Below are positions 55,935 to 64,000 of a stretch of 64,000 bases of DNA, one piece after another (positions within the stretch are counted from its first letter, which is position 1; the number at the start of each line of letters is the position of its first letter). Origin of the DNA: Auanema rhodensis (lineage: Eukaryota > Animalia > Nematoda); NCBI GenBank assembly GCA_964057225.1, contig OZ059896.1, positions 62,001 through 126,000 of the forward strand, written 5' to 3'. A model generated the notes under the pieces. The model was given only the letters and a program-made list of their open reading frames with translations, searched no databases and was not told where the DNA came from. A program made the position numbers and the translations under genes.

Positions 55935-58084
55935 GTTTTTAGACTAATATGGACATGGGGAATCTAATTTTGAAAACCGCATCTCTTTATCTTTCACGTG
56001 AAGCGAGTTACATACCAAGTGCACATCACGTGTACATTTAATTAGCATAAATTAAAGTTCACGTAAATTTCAAAGTCATGGTTACCATGCACCAATATCA
56101 ATAAAAATTTGTTTTTAAACTAATATGGACATGGGGAATCTAATTTTGAAAACCGCATCTCTTTATCTTTCACGTGAAGCGAGTTACATACCAAGTGCAC
56201 ATCACGTGTACATTTAATTAGCATAAATTAAAGTTCACGTAAATTTCAAAGTCATGGTTACCATGCACCAATATCAATAAAAATTTGTTTTTAGACTAAT
56301 ATGGACATGGGGAATCTAATTTTAAAAACCGCATCTCTTTATCTTTCACGTGAAGCGAGTTACATACCAAGAGCACATCACGTGTACATTTAATTAGCAT
56401 AAATTAAAGTTCACGTAAATTTCAAAGTCATGGTTACCATGCACCAATATCAATAAAAATTTGTTTTTAGACTAATATGGACATGGGGAATCTAATTTTG
56501 AAAACCGCATCTCTTTATCTTTCACGTGAAGCGAGTTACATACCAAGTGCACATCACGTGTACATTTAATTAGCATAAATTAAAGTTCACGTAAATTTCA
56601 AAGTCATGGTTACCATGAACCAATATCAATAAAAATTTGTTTTTAGACTAATATGGACATGGGGAATCTAATTTTGAAAACCGCATCTCTTTATCTTTCA
56701 CGTGAAGCGAGTTACATACCAAGTGCACATCACGTGTACATTTAATTAGCATAAATTAAAGTTCACGTAAATTTCAAAGTCATGGTTACCATGCACCAAT
56801 ATCAATAAAAATTTGTTTTTAGACTAATATGGACATGGGGAATCTAATTTTGAAAACCGCATCTCGTTATCTTTCACGTGAAGCGAGTTACATACCAAGT
56901 GCACATCACGTGTACATTTAATTAGCATAAATTAAAGTTCACGTAAATTTCAAAGTCATGGTTACCATGCACCAATATCAATAAAAATTTGTTTTTAGAC
57001 TAATATGGACATGGGGAATCTAATTTTGAAAACCGCATCTCTTTATCTTTCACGTGAAGCGAGTTACATACCAAGTGCATATCACGTGTACATTTAATTA
57101 GCATAAATTAAAGTTCACGTAAATTTCAAAGTCATGGTTACCATAAACCAATATCAATAAAAATTTGTGTTTAGACTAATATGGACATGGGGAGTCTAAT
57201 TTTGAAAACCGCATCTCTTTATCTTTCACGTGAAGCGAGTTACATACCAAGTGCACATCACGTGTACATTTAATTAGCATAAATTAAAGTTCACGTAACT
57301 TTCAAAGTCATGGTTACCATGCACCAATATCAATAAAAATTTGTTTTTAGACTAATATGGACATGGGGAATCTAATTTTGTAAACCGCATCTCTTTATCT
57401 TTCACGTGAAGCGAGTTACATACCAAGTGCACATCACGTGTACATTTAATTAGCATAAATTAAAGTTCACGTAAATTTCAAAGTCATGGTTACCATGCAC
57501 CAATATCAATAAAAATTTGTTTTTAGACTAATATGGACATGGGGAATCTAATTTTGAAAACCGCATCTTTTCATCTTTCACGTGAAGCGAGTTACATACC
57601 AAGTGCACATCACGTGTACATTTAATTAGCATAAATTAAAGTTCACGTAAATTTCAAAGTCATGGTTACCATGCACCAATATCAATAAAAATTTGTTTTT
57701 AGACTAATATGGACATGGGGAATCTAATTTTGAAAACCGCATCTCTTTATCTTTCACGTGAAGCGAGTTACATACCAAGTGCACATCACGTGTACATTTA
57801 ATTAGCATAAATTAAAGTTCACGTAAATTTCAAAGTCATGGTTACCATGCACCAATATCAATAAAAATTTGTTTTTAGACTAATATGGACATGGGGAATC
57901 TAATTTTGAAAACCGCATCTCTTTATCTTTCACGTGAAGCGAGTTACATACCAAGTGCACATCACGTGTACATTTAATTAGCATAAATTAAAGTTCACGT
58001 AAATTTCAAAGTCATGGTTACCATAAACCAATATCAATAAAAATTTGTTTTTAGACTAATATGGACATGGGGAATCTAATTTTG

Positions 58085-58242
58085 AAAACCGCATCTCTTT
58101 ATCTTTCACGTGAAGATTGTAAATTGTACATTTAATTAGCATAAATTAAAGTTCACGTAACTTTCAAAGTCATGGTTACCATGCACCAATATCAATAAAA
58201 ATTTGTTTTTAGACTAATATGGACATGGGGAATCTAATTTTG
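58085..58242 (+). other. Aberrant 158-bp monomer: consensus positions 32-58 (27 bp) replaced by the 9-bp sequence ATTGTAAAT (58116-58124)
   Basis: TTCACGTGAAG-ATTGTAAAT-TGTACATTTAATT versus TTCACGTGAAG-CGAGTTACATACCAAGTGCACATCACG-TGTACATTTAATT; net -18 bp confirmed by phase. Confidence 0.95.
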
Positions 58243-61058
58243 TAAACCGCATCTCTTTATCTTTCACGTGAAGCGAGTTACATACCAAGTGCACATCACG
58301 TGTACATTTAATTAGCATAAATTAAAGTTCACGTAAATTTCAAAGTCATGGTTACCATGAACCAATATCAATAAAAATTTGTTTTTAGACTAATATGGAC
58401 ATGGGGAATCTAATTTTGAAAACCGCATCTCTTTATCTTTCACGTGAAGCGAGTTACATACCAAGTGCACATCACGTGTACATTTAATTAGCATAAATTA
58501 AAGTTCACGTAAATTTCAAAGTCATGGTTACCATGCACCAATATCAATAAAAATTTGTTTTTAGACTAATATGGACATGGGGAATCTAATTTTGAAAACC
58601 GCATCTCTTTATCTTTCACGTAAAGCGAGTTACATACCAAGTGCACATCACGTGTACATTTAATTAGCATAAATTAAAGTTCACGTAAATTTCAAAGTCA
58701 TGGTTACCATAAACCAATATCAATAAAAATTTGTTTTTAGACTAATATGGACATGGGGAGTCTAATTTTGAAAACCGCATCTCTTTATCTTTCACGTGAA
58801 GCGAGTTACATACCAAGTGCACATCACGTGTACATTTAATTAGCATAAATTAAAGTTCACGTAAATTTCAAAGTCATGGTTACCATGCACCAATATCAAT
58901 AAAAATTTGTTTTTAGACTAATATGGACATGGGGAATCTAATTTTGAAAACCGCATCTCTTTATCTTTCACGTGAAGCGAGTTACATACCAAGTGCACAT
59001 CACGTGTACATTTAATTAGCATAAATTAAAGTTCACGTAAATTTCAAAGTCATGGTTACCATGCACCAATATCAATAAAAATTTGTTTTTAGACTAATAT
59101 GGACATGGGGAATCTAATTTTGAAAACCGCATCTCTTTATCTTTCACGTGAAGCGAGTTACATACCAAGTGCACATCACGTGTACATTTAATTAGCATAA
59201 ATTAAAGTTCACGTAAATTTCAAAGTCATGGTTACCATGCACCAATATCAATAAAAATTTGTTTTTAGACTAATATGGACATGGGGAATCTAATTTTGAA
59301 AACCGCATCTCTTTATCTTTCACGTGAAGCGAGTTACATACCAAGTGCACATCACGTGTACATTTAATTAGCATAAATTAAAGTTCACGTAAATTTCAAA
59401 GTCATGGTTACCATGAACCAATATCAATAAAAATTTGTTTTTAGACTAATATGGACATGGGGAATCTAATTTTGAAAACCGCATCTCTTTATCTTTCACG
59501 TGAAGCGAGTTACATACCAAGTGCACATCACGTGTACATTTAATTAGCATAAATTAAAGTTCACGTAAATTTCAAAGTCATGGTTACCATGAACCAATAT
59601 CAATAAAAATTTGTTTTTAGACTAATATGGACATGGGGAATCTAATTTTGAAAACCGCATCTCTTTATCTTTCACGTGAAGCGAGTTACATACCAAGTGC
59701 ACATCACGTGTACATTTAATTAGCATAAATTAAAGTTCACGTAAATTTCAAAGTCATGGTTACCATGAACCAATATCAATAAAAATTTGTTTTTAGACTA
59801 ATAAGGACATGGGGAATCTAATTTTGAAAACCGCATCTCTTTATCTTTCACGTGAAGCGAGTTACATACCAAGTGCACATCACGTGTACATTTAATTAGC
59901 ATAAATTAAAGTTCACGTAAATTTCAAAGTCATGGTTACCATGCACCAATATCAATAAAAATTTGTTTTTAGACTAATATGGACATGGGGAATCTAATTT
60001 TGAAAACCGCATCTCTTTATCTTTCACGTGAAGCGAGTTACATACCAAGTGCACATCACGTGTACATTTAATTAGCATAAATTAAAGTTCACGTAAATTT
60101 CAAAGTCATGGTTACCATGCACCAATATCAATAAAAATTTGTTTTTAGACTAATATGGACATGGGGAATCTAATTTTGAAAACCGCATCTCTTTATCTTT
60201 CACGTGAAGCGAGTTACATACCAAGTGCACATCACGTGTACATTTAATTAGCATAAATTAAAGTTCACGTAAATTTCAAAGTCATGGTTACCATGAACCA
60301 ATATCAATAAAAATTTGTTTTTAGACTAATATGGACATGGGGAATCTAATTTTGAAAACCGCATCTCTTTATCTTTCACGTGAAGCGAGTTACATACCAA
60401 GTGCACATCACGTGTACATTTAATTAGCATAAATTAAAGTTCACGTAAATTTCAAAGTCATGGTTACCATGCACCAATATCAATAAAAATTTGTTTTTAG
60501 ACTAATATGGACATGGGGAATCTAATTTTGAAAACCGCATCTCTTTATCTTTCACGTGAAGCGAGTTACATACCAAGTGCACATCACGTGTACATTTAAT
60601 TAGCATAAATTAAAGTTCACGTAAATTTCAAAGTCATGGTTACCATAAACCAATATCAATAAAAATTTGTTTTTAGACTAATATGGACATGGGGAATCTA
60701 ATTTTGAAAACCGCATCTCTTTATCTTTCACGTGAAGCGAGTTACATACCAAGTGCACATCACGTGTACATTTAATTAGCATAAATTAAAGTTCACGTAA
60801 ATTTCAAAGTCATGGTTACCATGCACCAATATCAATAAAAATTTGTTTTTAGACTAATATGGACATGGGGAATCTAATTTTGAAAACCGCATCTCGTTAT
60901 CTTTCACGTGAAGCGAGTTACATACCAAGTGCACATCACGTGTACATTTAATTAGCATAAATTAAAGTTCACGTAAATTTCAAAGTCATGGTTACCATGC
61001 ACCAATATCAATAAAAATTTGTTTTTAGACTAATATGGACATGGGGAATCTAATTTTG

Positions 61059-63170
61059 AAAACCGCATCTCTTTATCTTTCACGTGAAGCGAGTTACATA
61101 CCAAGTGCACATCACGTGTACATTTAATTAGCATAAATTAAAGTTCACGTAAATTTCAAAGTCATGGTTACCATGCACCAATATCAATAAAAATTTGTTT
61201 TTAGACTAATATGGACATGGGGAATCTAATTTTGAAAACCGCATCTCTTTATCTTTCACGTGAAGCGAGTTACATACCAAGTGCACATCACGTGTACATT
61301 TAATTAGCATAAATTAAAGTTCACGTAAATTTCAAAGTCATGGTTACCATGAACCAATATCAATAAAAATTTGTTTTTAGACTAATATGGACATGGGGAA
61401 TCTAATTTTGAAAACCGCATCTCTTTATCTTTCACGTGAAGCGAGTTACATACCAAGTGCACATCACGTGTACATTTAATTAGCATAAATTAAAGTTCAC
61501 GTAAATTTCAAAGTCATGGTTACCATGAACCAATATCAATAAAAATTCGTTTTTAGACTAATATGGACATGGGGAATCTGATTTTGAAAACCGCATCTCT
61601 TTATCTTTCACGTGAAGCGAGTTACATACCAAGTGCACATCACGTGTACATTTAATTAGCATAAATTAAAGTTCACGTAAATTTCAAAGTCATGGTTACC
61701 ATGCACCAATATCAATAAAAATTTGTTTTTAGACTAATATGGACATGGGGAATCTAATTTTGAAAACCGCATCTCGTTATCTTTCACGTGGAGCGAGTTA
61801 CATACCAAGTGCACATCACGTGTACATTTAATTAGCATAAATTAAAGTTCACGTAAATTTCAAAGTCATGGTTACCATGAACCAATATCAATAAAAATTT
61901 GTTTTTAGACTAATATGGACATGGGGAATCTAATTTTGAAAACCGCATCTCTTTATCTTTCACGTGAAGCGAGTTACATACCAAGTGCCCATCACGTGTA
62001 CATTTAATTAGCATAAATTAAAGTTCACGTAAATTTCAAAGTCATGGTTACCATGCACCAATATCAATAAAAATTTGTTTTTAGACTAATATGGACATGG
62101 GGAATCTAATTTTGAAAACCGCATCTCTTTATCTTTCACGTGAAGCGAGTTACATACCAAGTGCACATCACGTGTACATTTAATTAGCATAAATTAAAGT
62201 TCACGTAAATTTCAAAGTCATGGTTACCATGCACCAATATCAATAAAAATTTGTTTTTAGACTAATATGGACATGGGGAATCTAATTTTGAAAACCGCAT
62301 CTCTTTATCTTTCACGTGAAGCGAGTTACATACCAAGTGCACATCACGTGTACATTTAATTAGCATAAATTAAAGTTCACGTAAATTTCAAAGTCATGGT
62401 TACCATGAACCAATATCAATAAAAATTTGTTTTTAGACTAATATGGACATGGGGAATCTAATTTTGAAAACCGCATCTCTTTATCTTTCACGTGAAGCGA
62501 GTTACATACCAAGTGCACATCACGTGTACATTTAATTAGCATAAATTAAAGTTCACGTAAATTTCAAAGTCATGGTTACCATGAACCAATATCAATAAAA
62601 ATTCGTTTTTAGACTAATATGGACATGGGGAATCTGATTTTGAAAACCGCATCTCTTTATCTTTCACGTGAAGCGAGTTACATACCAAGTGCACATCACG
62701 TGTACATTTAATTAGCATAAATTAAAGTTCACGTAAATTTCAAAGTCATGGTTACCATGCACCAATATCAATAAAAATTTGTTTTTAGACTAATATGGAC
62801 ATGGGGAATCTAATTTTGAAAACCGCATCTCGTTATCTTTCACGTGGAGCGAGTTACATACCAAGTGCACATCACGTGTACATTTAATTAGCATAAATTA
62901 AAGTTCACGTAAATTTCAAAGTCATGGTTACCATGAACCAATATCAATAAAAATTTGTTTTTAGACTAATATGGACATGGGGAATCTAATTTTGAAAACC
63001 GCATCTCTTTATCTTTCACGTGAAGCGAGTTACATACCAAGTGCCCATCACGTGTACATTTAATTAGCATAAATTAAAGTTCACGTAAATTTCAAAGTCA
63101 TGGTTACCATGCACCAATATCAATAAAAATTTGTTTTTAGACTAATATGGACATGGGGAATCTAATTTTG
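61059..63170. repeat. 6-monomer tandem duplication (61059-62114 / 62115-63170)
   Basis: AATTCGTT 61548/62604, AATCTGAT 61580/62636, CTCGTTA+CGTGGAG 61776/62832, GTGCCCAT 61989/63045; offset 1056 bp. The A/C-118 states also match. Confidence 0.9.
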
Positions 63171-64000
63171 AAAACCGCATCTCTTTATCTTTCACGTGAA
63201 GCGAGTTACATACCAAGTGCACATCACGTGTACATTTAATTAGCATAAATTAAAGTTCACGTAAATTTCAAAGTCATGGTTACCATGCACCAATATCAAT
63301 AAAAATTTGTTTTTAAACTAATATGGACATGGGGAATCTAATTTTGAAAACCGCATCTCTTTATCTTTCACGTGAAGCGAGTTACATACCAAGTGCACAT
63401 CACGTGTACATTTAATTAGCATAAATTAAAGTTCACGTAAATTTCAAAGTCATGGTTACCATGCACCAATATCAATAAAAATTTGTTTTTAGACTAATAT
63501 GGACATGGGGAATCTAATTTTGAAAACCGCATCTCTTTATCTTTCACGTGAAGCGAGTTACATACCAAGTGCACATCACGTGTACATTTAATTAGCATAA
63601 ATTAAAGTTCACGTAAATTTCAAAGTCATGGTTACCATGAACCAATATCAATAAAAATTTGTTTTTAGACTAATATGGACATGGGGAATCTAATTTTGAA
63701 AACCGCATCTCTTTATCTTTCACGTGAAGCGAGTTACATACCAAGTGCACATCACGTGTACATTTAATTAGCATAAATTAAAGTTCACGTAAATTTCAAA
63801 GTCATGGTTACCATGAACCAATATCAATAAAAATTTGTTTTTAGACTAATATGGACATGGGGAATCTAATTTTGAAAACCGCATCTCTTTATCTTTCACG
63901 TGAAGCGAGTTACATACCAAGTGCACATCACGTGTACATTTAATTAGCATAAATTAAAGTTCACGTAAATTTCAAAGTCATGGTTACCATGCACCAATAT

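Larger units (their letters stand above)
1..64000. repeat. Tandem satellite DNA array, 176-bp monomer, about 363.7 copies, candidate centromeric/pericentromeric satellite
   Basis: AAAACCGCATCTC recurs at 1, 177, 353 ... 881. Phase arithmetic holds throughout: monomer 69 starts at 11969 (179 bp), 70 at 12148, 318 at 55796 (177 bp), 331 at 58085 (158 bp), 332 at 58243, 364 at 63875 (partial). All copies share one orientation. The centromeric role is an inference from unit length and homogeneity only. Confidence 0.99.

Noticed and set aside
58116-58124. Mobile element insertion
   Set aside because: Only 9 bp, accompanied by a deletion, with no terminal repeats or target-site duplication of the consensus. 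A repair scar is more parsimonious.
1-64000. CRISPR array, suggested by palindromic motifs at regular spacing
   Set aside because: There are no unique spacers: the entire 176 bp repeats. No leader or cas genes are present.
1-64000. Protein-coding tandem repeat or ORFs
   Set aside because: 176 is not a multiple of 3, so frames rotate each unit, and TAA/TAG/TGA codons are frequent on both strands. Only short incidental ORFs are possible.
1-64000. A single regular higher-order repeat period, or an information-encoding role for the A/C pattern
   Set aside because: Duplication offsets vary (4, 6, 10, 20, 21, 46 monomers) and each occurs in only 2-3 copies. Duplication history is sufficient to explain the pattern.

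Overview
The whole 64 kb window is one uninterrupted, single-orientation, head-to-tail satellite DNA array. The monomer is 176 bp and about 32% GC by manual count; there are 363 complete copies plus a 126-bp partial copy. Consensus: AAAACCGCATCTCTTTATCTTTCACGTGAAGCGAGTTACATACCAAGTGCACATCACGTGTACATTTAATTAGCATAAATTAAAGTTCACGTAAATTTCAAAGTCATGGTTACCATG[A/C]ACCAATATCAATAAAAATTTGTTTTTAGACTAATATGGACATGGGGAATCTAATTTTG. Most monomers differ from it by 0-3 substitutions. Nucleosome-scale unit length, AT-richness and homogeneity fit a eukaryotic centromeric or pericentromeric satellite, but I do not recognise the family or organism. I found no genes, RNA genes, transposons, CRISPR spacers or inversions, and I cannot support a novel gene-encoded system here. 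The interest is internal to the array. Only three length-changing events are present: +3 bp near 12103, +1 bp near 55931, and a complex 27-bp deletion with a 9-bp insertion at 58116. Rare SNPs reveal irregular block duplications at 4, 6, 10, 20, 21 and 46 monomer offsets and several variant domains. There is a persistent A/C dimorphism at monomer position 118, a palindrome-rich monomer with three phased TCACGT motifs, and an apparent C>A/G>T-rich, CpG-transition-poor variant spectrum. All variant calls were made by eye and need computational confirmation.
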